A stretch of 60,965 nt of DNA from Chiloscyllium plagiosum (GCF_004010195.1 NC_057759.1:3329878-3390842); one strand, 5' to 3'. Counted from the stretch's first letter, positions 11,763 to 24,815 are shown. The notes: a model not told the origin generated them from the letters alone. Numbers and translations are program-made.

Positions 11763-12663
11763 AGTCTGTAAGGTCTGCAGAGTGGTTGGCAAAAACAGCA
11801 AGTAAGTTAAAGCTTCATTAATATTACCTTTTGCAGAGTTTGTAATTAGTAACTGGTAATGGCTACTCAATATCATCATGGAGTCCCAAAATGCAGTTAA
11901 ATGCAATCCATAAAAGATAAGCACGAAGAATTAAATTTCTCCAGGCCTCAGCACTAAAATGGTCTCTCCCTCTAGTGTCCTTTTGAACTCAAGTCATTAA
12001 TTTCACAAGGGAACGGCTGTGAATGTTATCACTTGGTGTCCTGTTCGCACAGATTCACCAATGCTAAGGCAAATGTTCTTAATTGCCTTACAGCGTCCTG
12101 TTATCTCTTGGTACGACCAGATGTCCCTATCTTCTGCATTCCTTGAGATCCCCCCTTTTTCTGAGCCTTCCTGCCTGTCTATTTTCTGGTGCAGTAAATG
12201 TGTTCTATAATTCAACATTACATTTTAGTACATCTACAGCCTTAAAACATTTAAACTAAATTAAGGTTCGGTGATGGAGGAGGCCCAGGACCTATATGTC
12301 CTTGCAGGTGTGGGAGGGGAGTTAGTGTTCAGCCACATGACAATGGGGTTGCTTGGTGCGGGTATCTGAGAGATATTCTCTGAAATGATTCGCAAGTTGC
12401 TAACCTTGCTAGCCAGTCTCCTATGAGGAACCTTATCGAATCCCTTACTGAAGTCCTTATAGATCATGTCCACCGCTCTTCCCTCATCAATCCTCCTTGT
12501 TAATTCTTCAAAAAACTCGATCAAGTTCGTGAGACATGATTTTCCATGCATAAAACTATGCTGACTATCTGGAATCAATCATTGCTTTTCCAAATACATG
12601 TCCTCCTCCATCGCCAGGCTCACCAGTCTATAGTTCCCTGGCTTTTTCTTATCACATTTCTTA

Positions 12664-12937
12664 GGGTAGCACGGTGGCACAGTGGTTAGCACTGCTGCCT
12701 CACAGCGCCAGAGACCCGGGTTCAATTCCCACCTTGGAAACTGTGTGGAGTTTGCACATTCTCCCCGTGTCTGCATGGGTTTCCTCCGGGTGCTCCGCTT
12801 TCCTCCTATAGTCCAAAGATGTGCAGGTGAGGTGAATTGGCCATGCTAAATTGGTTGTAGTGTTAGGGGTTGCTCTTCGGAGGGACTTGTTGGGCCGAAG
12901 GGCCTGTTTCTGCGCTGTAAGTAATCTAATCTAATCT
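12664..12937 (+). mobile_element. HE1-type tRNA-derived SINE
   Basis: Head ggtggcacagtggttagcactgctgcctcacagcgccagagacccgggttcaattccc, V-domain-like core and ctaat-repeat tail. Confidence 0.88.
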
Positions 12938-13699
12938 TATACAGTGACACCACGGGAGCTAACCTCCAATCTTCCAGCACCTCACCTGTGCCTATCAATG
13001 GTAGAAATATCTCAGCAAGGGGCCTAGCAATCACTTCCCTAGCTTCCCACAGGGTTCTACGGTACACCTGATCAGGTCCTGGTGATTTATCTACGTTTGT
13101 GCGTTTCAAGATATCCAGCACCACCTCCTCTCTAATATGGATATTTTTCAAGATGTCGCCATCTATTTACCCATATTGTAGAATTTACATGCCCTTCACC
13201 AAAGTAAGCACTGATGCAAAATACTCATTTAGTATCTCCCCTATCTCCTTGCTATTCTTTGAGGGGCCCTATTCTCTCCAGAATTACTCTTTTGTCCTTA
13301 ATGTATTTATAAAAACCCTTCAAATACTCCTTAACCCTATTTACCAAAGCTATGTCATGTTTTCCTTTTTGCCCTCCTGATTTCCCTTTTAAGTATGTAC
13401 TGTCTTTATACTCTGAGGATTCACTTGATCTCTTCTGTCTATTCCTGTCGTATGCTTCTGTCTTTTTTTAACCAAAACCTTAACTTTTCTAGTCACCCAA
13501 CATTCCTTTTACCTACCAGCCTTTACTTTCACCCGAACAGAAATATACTGTCTCAGGACTCTCGTTATCTAATTTTTGAAGGCTTCACATTTTCCTGCCA
13601 TCACTTTACCTGCAAACATCTATCACCAATCAGCTTTTGAAAGTTCTAGCCTAATACCGTCAAAATTAGCCTTCCTCCAATTTAGAACTTCAACTTTTA

Positions 13700-13920
13700 G
13701 ATCCGAGAGTGTGGTGCTGGAAAAGCATGGCAGGTCAGGCAGCATCACAGGAGCAGGAAAAATCAACATTTTCAACAAAAGCCCTTCATCAGGATGATAA
13801 AGGGCTTTTGCCCGAAACGTCAATTTTCCTGCTCCTTGGATGCTGCCTGATCTGCTGTGCTTTTCCAGCACCACACTCTCAACTCTAATCTCCAGCATTG
13901 GCAATACTCACTTTCGCCTA
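13700..13920. mobile_element. Penelope-like inverted pLTR insertion in CR1
   Basis: Inverted arms meet at ...cccttcatcagg|atgataaagggc...; imperfect tttagat duplication at the flanks. Confidence 0.8.
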
Positions 13921-14159
13921 ACGTTTAGATTCAATCTATACTTTTCTATCACAATTTTAAAACAAATAGAATTATGATCGCTGGCCCCAAAGTGCTCCCC
14001 TACTGTCACCTCAGTCACCTGTCCTGCCTTATTTCCCAAGCGTAGGTCAAGTTTTGCACTTTCTCTAGCAGGAACATCCACACTGAATCAGAAAACTTTC
14101 TTGTACACGCTTAACAAATTCCTCTCCATCTAAACCCTTAACACTATGGCAGTCCCAGT

Positions 14160-14552
14160 TTCAACCCCAGGGCATCAATGTGGATTTCACCAGTTTCCTC
14201 ATTTCCCCTTCCTCCACTTCATCCCAGTTCCAAACTTCCAGCTCAGCACTGTCCCCATGACTTGTCATACCTGCCTATCTTCCTTTCATCTCTCCACTCC
14301 ACCCTCCTCCCTGACCTATCACCTCCATCCCCACCCCCATTCACCTATTGTACTCTATGCTACTTTCTCCCCACCCCACCCTCCTCTCATTTATCTCTCC
14401 CCCCTGCAGGCACTCTGCCTGTATTCCTGATGAAGGGCTTTTGTCCAAAATGTCAATTTTCCTGCTCTTCAGATGCTGCCTGAACTGCTGTGCTTTTCCA
14501 GCACCACTCTAATCTAGAATCTGGTTTCCAGCATCTGCAGTCATTGTTTTTA
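14160..14552 (+). mobile_element. Penelope-like element 3' fragment with pLTR
   Basis: Pyrimidine-rich tract, then cctgatgaagggcttttgtccaaaatgtc and the shared pLTR tail; cccagt at both flanks. Confidence 0.8.
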
Positions 14553-16009
14553 CCCAGTCTATGTTTGGAAAGTTAAAGTCCCCGACCATAACTATCCTAT
14601 TCTTCTTACAGATAGCTGAGCTCTCCTTGCAAATTTGTTTCTCAATTTCCCTCTGACTGTTAGGGGGTCTATAATATAATCCCAATAAGGTAATTATCCC
14701 TTTCTTATTTCTCAGTTCCACCCAAATAACTTCCCTGGATGTATTTCAGGGAATATCCTCCCTCAGTACAGCTGTAATGCTATCCCTTATCAAAAACACC
14801 ACTTCCCCTCCCCTCTTGTCTCCCTTTCTCTCCTTCCTATAGCATTTGTATCCTGGAACATTAAGCAGCCAGTCCTGCCCATCCCTGAGACATGTTTCTG
14901 TAATTGCTATGATAACCCAGTCCCATGTTCCTAACCATGCCCTGAGTTCATCTGCCTTCCCTGTTAGGCCCCTAGCATTGAAATAAATGCAGTTTAATTT
15001 ATTAGGCTACCTTGTCCCTGCCTGCCCTCACTGTTTGACTCGCTTCTGTTCTCAACTGTACCAGTCTCAGATTTATCTCTTTCCTCACTATTTCCCTGGG
15101 TCCCACCCCCACCTTACTAGTTTAAATCCTCCTGAGCAGCTCTAACAAATTTCCCTGCCAGTATATTAGTCCCCTTCCAATTTATGTGCAATCCGGCCTT
15201 GTTGTACTGGTCACTTCTACCCCAAAAGATATTCCAACAATCGAAAAATGTGAATCCATCTCCCAAACACCAGCTCCTCAGCCATGCATTCATCTATTCC
15301 TGTCCTCACTAGCTCGTAGCACCGGGAGTAATCCAGACGTTACTACTCTCGAGCACCTTCTTTTTAAATTCCTGCCTAACTCTCTGAAATCTCCCTTCAG
15401 AATCTTAACCTTTTCCCTTCCTATGTCATTAGTTTCAATGTGGACAATGACCTCTTGCTGGCCCCTCTCCCCCTTGATAGCATTCTGAAACAGCCTTGAT
15501 CCTGGCATCAGGAAAGCAATACACCATGCTGATTTTTCACTTCTGATCACAGAAACGTCTGTCTGTACCTCGGACCAGAGAGCCCCTAACACAATTTATC
15601 TCTTGGAACCCGATGTATCCTTCATTGCATTAGAGCCAGTCTCAATACCAAAATCTTGGCTGTTCGTGCTATGTTCCCCTGTGAATCGATCACCCTCTAC
15701 ATTTTCCAAAACAGCATACTTGTTTGAAATAGGGATAGCCACGGAAGACCCCTGCACTAGCAGCCTACCTCTCTTACCTTTCCTGGAGTTAACCCATCTA
15801 TGTGACTCTATCTGTGACTTTTCCCCCTTCCTCTAATTGCCATCCATCACATACCGTCGCTGTTGCAAATTCCTCATTGCCTCTGTCTCTCCAACCAATC
15901 CATTCGATCTGATCGGATTTGCAACCAACAGCATTTATTACAGATATAATCCACAGTAACAGGTAAACTCTCCTTAAACTCCCATATCTGATATATTGAC
16001 AACTCACTA

Positions 16010-17390
16010 CATTGACAGGTACAGACTGATAGCAACAGTCACTTAAGAAACTGACAGGTACAGATTGATAAATAACTCACATCTGACTATAAAACAATTG
16101 ATAACCACACTCAAATGTTGACAGCACAGAAACTGAATACAACACTCGCATTCTCAAAGCTGAAACTGACCATAACAGAATAATACTAACACTCCTGGTT
16201 TCACGTATCAAAATGTACCTCTCAGTTTTTGATAATTATACACACACAGTCACGAAGCAGGAACTGACAGGGATAGATTAATAATTAAATTCACATTATT
16301 ACTTAGATTAGATTACTTACAGTGTGGAAACAGGCCCTTCGGCCCAACAAGTCCACACCGACCCGCCGAAGCGTAACCCACCCATACCCCTACATTTACC
16401 CCTTTACCTAACACTACGGGCAATTTAGCATGGCCAATTCACCTGACTTGCACATCTTTGGACTGTGGGAGGAAACCGGAGCCCCCGGAGGAAACCCACG
16501 CAGACACGGGGAGAACGTGCAAACTCCACACAGTCAGTCGCCTGAGTCGGGAATTGAACCCGGGTCTCTGGCGCTGCGAGGCAGCAGTGCTAACCACTGT
16601 GCCACCGTGCCGCCCCATTATGACACAGCAGAAACTGACAGGAATACACTGACAGCTGCACTCATACGTTCACATAGCAGAAAATGACAGGCACAGATGG
16701 GTAATCACACTGACACAGAAGAAACGCAGAAAATGACAGGCACAGATGGGTAATCACACTGACACAGAAGAAACTGACAAGAACAGGTTGGCAACTATTT
16801 GCATATTAGAAACTGAGAGTTATGGATTGATACCTAAACTTTCACGTTCACACAGCAGGAACTGACCGGTACAGGTCAGTAGTGACTCTCACTACTTCAC
16901 TCAGCAGAAGCTGGCAAGTACAGATTGATAATTGTACTCAGGTATTCATCTAGCAGAAGCTGATAGGGAAAGTTGAGAACTACAATCACTCATTCACAGA
17001 GCAGAAAGTTTATTATAACTGGATAACTAGACAGTCTTATTCATGTAACAGAAAGTATCAGGTACAGTTTGATAACTACGCTCCCAGTTTCACATTGCAT
17101 AACCTGATGGGTACAGGTCAAGAATAAGACTCTCACATTCACACAGCAGAAACCACACTTTGTCTGCATTTATACATTTACTCCACAGAAATTGTCAATT
17201 ACAGATTGATAAATACATGTTCATATTCGTATTGTAGAAACAGGTAGAGACTGATAATTATTCTTTCACATTCACATAACAGAAGCTGGCAGGGATAGGT
17301 CATGCTCCCGTTTTCACTTAGAGATGGAAAGTGATAGGGCAAGCTAATCCTCAAAAAACCTGAAACTCTGAACAGCACAGCACAGGTCAC
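16010..17390. repeat. Degenerate ~50-bp minisatellite (agaaactgacaggtacagattgataa...cacattcacacagc)
   Basis: The motif recurs many times, including a near-exact ~49-bp tandem pair at ~16677-16775. Confidence 0.75.
16304..16617 (-). mobile_element. HE1-type SINE
   Basis: Reverse complement of the SINE at 23802, with a ttagattagatt tail. Confidence 0.9.
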
Positions 17391-17769
17391 TCTGTAATCC
17401 AGACATCACAGTCAGTGAGACAACTAAATAAAATACTTATGAAGAAGAGATTGTCATGAGCTGAATAAAATAGTAGTTACAATTATAATTCTCAAAGGTA
17501 CTGTGTTCAAAATAGCTGTAACTGACAATAGGTTGCTCTGAGTGAGTATAACTAACTTGTCAGCAATAAAAGATAAGAGCAAATCCAGATAAAATTGTCA
17601 ATTTCGTGGATTTTTCAGAAAGTGACAAGCTCTGTGTTAATTATAGCTGGTACAGAGGACCAGAAACTGACATGCTGGGCTAGAAACACATCTCTGAGCT
17701 CCCATATCATCATAACAATGAGCAAAAGATAGAGATCCAACACCACAGTCATTTTCTGTGTCACAGAAT

Positions 17770-18705
17770 CCAACTCGTCCATGCCGAACAGATATCCTAA
17801 GCCAATCTAGTCCCACCTGCCAGCACCCGGCCCATATCCCTCCAAGCCCTTCCTATTCATATACCTATCCAACTGCGTGGGTTTCCTCCGGGTGCTCCGG
17901 TTTCCTCCCACCATCCAAAAGATGTGCAGGGTCCAACTGCCTTTTAAATGTTGCAATTGTGCCAGCCTCCACCACTTCCTCTGGCAGTTCATTCCATACA
18001 TGTGTACCACTCTCTACGTGGAAACGTTGCCCCTTAGGTCTCTTTAATATCTTTCCCCACTCACCCTGAATCTATGCCCTCTAGTTCTGGACTCCCCGAC
18101 CGTGGGGAAAAGACTTTGCCTATTTACCCGATCCATGCCCCTCATAATTTTGTAAACCTCTATAAGGTCACCCCTCAGCCTCCAACGCTCCAGGGAAAAC
18201 AGCCCCAACCTGTTCAGGCTCTCCCTATAGCTCAAATCCTCCAACCCTGACAACATCTTTGTAAAGCTTTTCAAGTTTCACAACATCTTTCCGATAGGAA
18301 GGAGACCAGAATTGCACGCAATATTTCAACAGTGGCCTAACCAATGTCCTGTACAGCCGCATCATGACTTCCCAACTCCTGTACTCAATACTCTGACCAA
18401 TAAGGGAAGGCATATCAAATGCCTCCTTCACTATCCTATCTACCTGCGACTCCACTTTCAAGGAGCTATGAACCAGCCAGTACGCCATATGCCTTCCTCA
18501 CAGCACTATTTACCTGGGTGGCAACTTTCAGAGATCTGTGTACATGGACACCAAGATCCCTCTGCTCATCTGAATCAAACTCCATCTGCCACTTCTCAGC
18601 CCATTGGCTCATCTGGTCAAGGTCCTGTTGTAATCTGAGGTACCCTCTTTGCTGTTCACTACAACTCCAATTTTGGTGTCATCTGCAAACTTACTAACTG
18701 TACCA
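17770..18705 (-). mobile_element. CR1 LINE 3' region with a small SINE fragment
   Basis: ORFs 18044..18274 and 18225..18488 (LGLFSLERWRLRGDLIEVYKI; YCVQFWSPSYRKD). Confidence 0.9.
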
Positions 18706-20284
18706 GATTAAAAAAGAAATCTCCATCAGTCAGAATGAGAGGGTCAGAATCTACTGCTACTTTACATGTCATTGCAGATACTGAATCCCACACTGTTTCA
18801 GGTTCAGTGACCCTTCTTCAAACTTTCCCTAAGTGCCTTTGAACTGAATACTTTGTTCAGAGATGGGCTCATTTCCAATCTCAAACTGACCATCGATCCA
18901 ACAGGGGGCAATTTATATCCCCTTGGAGACAGGCTCCTGTAATGGCAGGGCTTTGTCCCTTGCTCAAACCTTTTACTATGTGGGTATCGGGAATTCTGAA
19001 TGTCCCAAAGCATTTTGCACTTCACCGCAACTTTATTGAAGGGTTGTCACTTGGAAACCACTGCAGCCAATTAACGCACAGCAAGCTCCCACAAGTAGGA
19101 AGGTGACAGTGCTACGGATTGGATGTGTGCGTATCACAATGATTGTTGATGGAAGGTCCTTTTACAGGACCCTGGGAGAACTCCATGGCTCTGCCCACTC
19201 TTCCCCAGATAATGGCGGTGGGATCGTTTACATCCACTCAAGAGGGCACCACTGTAATAATGGGAAGGGATGCAGATATTCAAAAAGCCAAACCTGTGCA
19301 ATGAAAATTTTATTTTCTTCTCAAACACCCAATCAGATATCAGTGTGTAAACCTTTCATTGAAAAGCTACATTGAATACCAATGACCTACCAGGAGGCTG
19401 TCAACCTTTTGGTACTGACGTTCTATCCTTGATCAGTCATTGCTGCCTCATGATTATCTGATCTGCTGCGACCTTTGGCCTTTCCAACATCAAACAAGCT
19501 GTGAACAGTTTCACTGGCTGTATCAATCCTCCAGTCGGTGAGTTATTGCTGAAGACTGGCTAAATATTTGGAACATTCATAATATAGTCTACAGCCCAGG
19601 AACACTTTTTTTCCTTACCTTTTTATTGACCCTTCGATGGTGCAACACACTCACAGCGCTGAATAACAGTGTTTGCTGTCTATCCTCAGTTGCTCTTTCT
19701 GAGGGCAACTTAGTGTCATGGAACTGGAGTCACATGGAGCAATGTCCTGTATAATCTGTATCTCTGAAGATTTGAGGAAGTGAAGGGATTGCATTATACC
19801 AAGTCTAGATTCTAGGGCTGGGAATTTGCTGCCATGATGGAGAAAGTGATGGAGGAGGGTAATGTCACTAAGAATGCTCAATCGGGTGAAGATGGCTGCT
19901 GGTTGATTGAAGTGGGATGGGGGTGGGTGGGGGGAAGCGGGGGGAACATGAATGGACAAGATTAGGTTCCTCAGTAAGTGCTGAGTGATTCTCGGTGATT
20001 GTCACTGATAGGTCCGTTCAAATCCCAATGATGAAATCAGCTTCAATTCCACCAGCACTGCTGCTCCTTTCAAAGTGATATCTCCGAAAACAGCCCCTCC
20101 TCAATCAAGCTGGTTTTATTTCAAAATAGTGAATTCATCAGCAAGTTCCTTAGGAAATGAAACCTTCATCCATTTCTGGAGAAACTTAACCTGACAGCAG
20201 TATTCAAGTAATTAATTATACCAACATGAAAATAATGGCCATGCTCACTGCTGCATTGGAATATCACATAAAAGATGTCAGCTC

Positions 20285-20745
20285 ACAGAGTGCAACAGTG
20301 CCTCAGTATGAAATCTCTGACAGTGCATCAGTCCCTCAGTACTTACCTTATATCAATGCGGCACTCCCTCATCACTGATCCTCCAACAGTGCATCACTTC
20401 CTCAGTTCTGATCCTCCAGTGTGGCACTCCCTCAGCACTGACCCTCAGACAGTGCGGTGCACCCTCAGCACTGGCCTTCCAACAGTGTGGCAGTGTCTCA
20501 GTGTTGCCATTATGACGGTGCGGCACTCCCTCTGGTGCAGCACTCCCTGAGCACTGACCCTACATCAATGCGGCACCCCCTCAGCACTGACCCTGTGACA
20601 GTGAGGCACTGCCTCAGCACTGACCTTCGGATGCTATGGCACTCCTTCAGTACTGATCCTCCAACAGTGCGGCACTGCCTCAGTTCTGACCCTTTGACAG
20701 AACGCCACTTCCTCATCACTGACCCTCCGACAGTCCCACGCTCCC
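20285..20745. repeat. 33-bp minisatellite (cagtgcggcactccctcagcactgaccctccga)
   Basis: More than ten diverged tandem units; the 11-aa periodicity of overlapping ORFs (TDPPTVRHSLS) reflects it. Confidence 0.88.
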
Positions 20746-21627
20746 TAGAATCATTTATTAAAATCCTTATTTCCTGTTTAACAGCAGTGTCTGCTGCCCA
20801 TCCCAAATGCCCTTTCTGATGGCAATTAAGTGTCATCAAGGTGAGAGTAGAACTGGAGTCACATGGAGCAATGTCCTGTAAAATCTGCATCTCTTAGTCT
20901 GAGCAAGTGAAGGGGCTGCATTATTCCTCGTGCTGATTGCAGGCCTGGGAATTTGGGGCCACGCAGGAGAAAGTGACTGAGGAGGGTAATGTCACTAAGA
21001 AGGCTTGATCAGATGAAGGTGGCTGCTGGCTGACTGTGTAGGGGAGATGAATGAACAAGATGGGATTCTTTAGTAACTGCTGAGTGATTCTCAATCACTG
21101 TCACTGACAGTTTCCAATGGTTTCAAACACCAGTAAGTACATGAATACAGTTAGTCTATTGCTAACTCAGAATTCCAGACACAGCTTGCCACAATGTAGC
21201 ATTCATATGTGTACAACAATCAAAACATTATTTGTGCACTACCCAGGCCCTGGTTCCCTTTGTGAAAGACACATCGGTTACGCAATGTGTCTTTCACAAA
21301 GGAACAAAATGGGTGGGAGTAATTTGGTAGTTTATAAACCCATAGAAAATGGAAAAAGGAGTCGGCCATTCGGTCCCTCATGCCTAAACCATCATTCAGT
21401 AGGATCATAGCTGATCTGACATTCCTGATGTCCACTTTCCTGCACTTTCCCTTGATTTCCCCAAGTAAGCAGGAATCTGTCTCCACCTTCAATATACACA
21501 AGCACTCTAGCCCCCACTCTCTGTGGCAAGGAATTACAAAGACTCACAACCCCTGAGGGAACGAATTCCTCTTCATCTCAGACTTAAATCTACATTCTTT
21601 TATCCTGAGACTGTGCCCTCTGAGCTT

Positions 21628-22688
21628 TACTGCCCACCGACACCCACAGCTACCTGGATTACACCTCTTCCCACCCTACCTCTTGCAAAAATACCATCCC
21701 ATATTCCCAATTCCTCCGCCTCCGCCGTATCTGCTCCCAGGAGGACCAGTTCCACCACAGAACACAATCAGATGGCCTCCTTCTTTAGAGACCGCAATTT
21801 CCCTTCCCACGTGGTTAAAGATGCCCTCCAACGCATCTCGTCCACNNNNNNNNNNNNNNNNNNNNNNNNNNNNNNNNNNNNNNNNNNNNNNNNNNNNNNN
21901 NNNNNNNNNNNNNNNNNNNNNNNNNNNNNNNNNNNNNNNNNNNNNNNNNNNNNNNNNNNNNNNNNNNNNNNNNNNNNNNNNNNNNNNNNNNNNNNNNNNN
22001 NNNNNNNNNNNNNNNNNNNNNNNNNNNNNNNNNNNNNNNNNNNNNNNNNNNNNNNNNNNNNNNNNNNNNNNNNNNNNNNNNNNNNNNNNNNNNNNNNNNN
22101 NNNNNNNNNNNNNNNNNNNNNNNNNNNNNNNNNNNNNNNNNNNNNNNNNNNNNNNNNNNNNNNNNNNNNNNNNNNNNNNNNNNNNNNNNNNNNNNNNNNN
22201 NNNNNNNNNNNNNNNNNNNNNNNNNNNNNNNNNNNNNNNNNNNNNNNNNNNNNNNNNNNNNNNNNNNNNNNNNNNNNNNNNNNNNNNNNNNNNNNNNNNN
22301 NNNNNNNNNNNNNNNNNNNNNNNNNNNNNNNNNNNNNNNNNNNNNNNNNNNNNNNNNNNNNNNNNNNNNNNNNNNNNNNNNNNNNNNNNNNNNNNNNNNN
22401 NNNNNNNNNNNNNNNNNNNNNNNNNNNNNNNNNNNNNNNNNNNNNNNNNNNNNNNNNNNNNNNNNNNNNNNNNNNNNNNCCATTGTACTCTACGCTACTT
22501 TCTCCCCACCCCCACCCTCCTCTAGCTTATCTCTCCACGCTTCAGGCTCTCTGCCTTTATTCCTGATGACGGGCTTTTGCCCGAAACGTCGATTTTGCTG
22601 CTCTTTGGATGCTGCCTGAACTGCTGTGCTCTTCCAGCACCACTAATCCAGAATCTGGTTTCCAGCATCTGCAGTCATTGTTTTTACC
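21628..22688 (+). mobile_element. Penelope-like element fragment spanning an assembly gap (N 21846-22479)
   Basis: PTDTHSYLDYTSSHP..KNTIPYSQFLRLRRICS motif before the gap; pLTR with cctgatgacgggcttttgcccgaaacgtc at 22562-22590. Confidence 0.85.
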
Positions 22689-23689
22689 CCAAAGCAATTC
22701 CCTGACCAATTAAGGTTGTATAAAACTGAAACAATATCTGCCATGTGAAGGCAGTCAGCATCAGTGACTGCATTCTCAATTGCAATGCCTTTGCAAGGCA
22801 CAATCCACTTGGTAAGCAATCAACACTCTCCTCTCCTGCAGAAGAAATATTGTTGGTTGTTTTTCAGAATTGCCCTCAAGAGTGCATGAGGATTGTCTTT
22901 GAGAATGTGTGAAACTTATTTGGATATACTGAAGCATTTTTGCTGTAGGAAATCAGTGGTGTTAATACCTGGGTTACAATACAAAGAAAAATCATAGAAA
23001 CACAGAAGCTGGAGTACCCTTGACATTTGACCCCTCGAGGCAGCTTCACCATTCAATAGGATTGTGGCTGATCATCGAGCGCAATACCTTAATTCTGCAC
23101 CCCGCTGCCCTGCCACCACTGCATCCCTTAGTCCCTTCGGGCACAAGAGTGATATCTACCCCATTCCTGTAAACACAATGCTTTGGCCTCAGCTACTTTC
23201 TGTGGCAGTGAATCCCCCAGGCTTGCCACTCTCTGAGCGAAGACATGGCTCCTCAGTTCTAAAAGATTTATCCCTTATCTGTAAACTTTAATTCCTGTTT
23301 CTGGAATCCTGTGGATCATTGGGAACATCTTACCTGCATCCAACTTGTCAAAGTCATGTTTGAATGTTTGTAGGTCTAAGACATTCCCCCACCCCACCGC
23401 AACTTCTCCTTTGTCTAAACTCCAGCAAATATAATCCGAACTGACTCAATCTCCTTCGTACGTCAGTCCTACCATTTCAGGAATTAATCTGATGAACCTT
23501 TGCTGCAACCCCTCGAGAACAAGAACATCCTTCCTCAGATAAGGAGACCAAGACTGTACTCAATCTTCCAACCGTGGCCTCAGCAATGCACTGTACAACT
23601 GCAGCAAGACATCCCTGCTCCTATAATCTAATCCTCTCACTATGAAGGCCAATATGCAGTATATTTACTGTCACCTGCATCTGGACCTG

Positions 23690-24815
23690 GGCAATGGGAT
23701 GATTCTGGGCAGTGTTCCTGAACAAAAAGACCTAGGGGTGCGGGTGCATAGTTCCTTGAAAGTGGAGTTGTACGTTAACAGGGTGATAAAAAAAGGCATT
23801 GTGGGCAGCACGGTGGCACAGTGGTTAGCACTGCTGCCTCACAGCACCAGAGACCCGGGTTCAATTCCCGACTCAGGCGACTGAGTGTGTGGAGTTTGCA
23901 CATTCTCCCCGTGTCTGCGTGGGTTTCCTCCGGGTGCTCCGGTTTCCTCCCACAATCCAAAGATGTGCAGGTCAGGTGAATTGGCCATGCTAAATTGCCC
24001 GTAGTGTTAGGTAAAGGGGTAAATGTAGGGGAATGGGTGGGTTGCGCTTCGGCGGGTCGGTGTGGACTTGTTGGGCCGAAGGGCCTGTTTCCACACTGTA
24101 TGTAATCTAATCTAATCTAAATTTGCCACACTTAGGACATTGGTGAGGTCACTTTTAGAGTACTGTTTTCAATTCTGGTCTCCCTGCTATAGGAAGTATG
24201 TTGTTAAACCTGAAAGGGTTCAGAAAAGGTTGGCGTGGTTGGAGGGTTCGAGCTAGAGGGATGGGCTGAATAGACTGGAGTGTCAGAGGATAAGGGACGA
24301 CAAAGAACAGGAACTAGCCCTTCGGCCCTACAAGCCTGTGTCAACACATTTGCTATTCCAACCTAAAACTGCCTCCACTAACAGGATACAATCCCTCTAT
24401 TTCCATCCCATTTCACATATTCTTTAGCACCAGGATGACCTGCATAGAGTTTATAAAATCATGAGGGACATGGATAGGGTTAACAGCCAAAGTCTTTTTG
24501 CTAGAGTAGGGAGTCCGAAACTAGAGGGAAAAGATTGAAAGTGAGCGGGAAAATATTTAAAAAGCTACCTGAGGGGCAACCTTTTTATGCAGAGAGTAAT
24601 GACTGTATGGGATGAGCTGCCAGACGAAGTGGTGGAGATGGTTGCAATTACGAAATTTAAAAAGCTTCTGGATGTGTACATGAATAGAAAGGATTTAGAG
24701 GGATATGGGCCAAATGCTAGTAAATAGGACTAGATCAGTTTGGGATATTTGGTCAGCGTGGATGAGTTGGATCAAAGGGTCTGTTTCTGTGATGTCTAAC
24801 TCTCTGACTCTATCT
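23690..24815 (+). mobile_element. CR1 LINE 3' region interrupted by a SINE
   Basis: DLGVRVHSSLKVE, the downstream CR1 3' sequence and a ctctgactctat tail. Confidence 0.85.
23802..24120 (+). mobile_element. HE1-type SINE, full length
   Basis: tRNA-like head with A and B boxes, conserved core and (ctaat)n tail. Confidence 0.92.

Larger units (their letters stand above)
4230..12260 (-). mobile_element. Defective class I (gamma/epsilon-like) endogenous retrovirus, LTR-gag-(deleted)-pol-env-LTR
   Basis: Long direct repeats flank degenerate gag, RNase H, integrase and env remnants in the correct order on the minus strand. Confidence 0.92.
10523..12260 (-). repeat. ERV 5' LTR, truncated and interrupted by two Penelope-like insertions
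   Basis: Colinear homology to ~4400-5750. It lacks the ~5340-5480 block and the portion beyond the polyA-signal region. Confidence 0.8.
12395..15990 (-). mobile_element. Long CR1 LINE (ORF1 zinc finger and esterase, ORF2 endonuclease and start of RT), interrupted by SINE and Penelope insertions
   Basis: ORF1 VIVHIETNDIG..VVTSGLLPV; endonuclease YRPPN and GDFNFPNIDW; KSPGPD; FSKGFDKVPH. Confidence 0.9.

Noticed and set aside
17744..17771. 12-RSS-like CACAGTC-12 bp-ACAGAATCC
   Set aside because: No V, D or J coding segment is adjacent, and the nonamer overlaps the boundary of a CR1 3' fragment. Probably a chance cryptic RSS.
20285..20745. CRISPR-like periodicity
   Set aside because: Contiguous 33-bp units with no unique spacers and no cas genes, in vertebrate DNA.
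21523..22566. Long ORFs here and at 34623..35774 and 54552..55191
   Set aside because: Artefacts of N-gaps and microsatellites.
23802..23880. tRNA gene-like sequence
   Set aside because: It is the tRNA-derived head of a multi-copy SINE.
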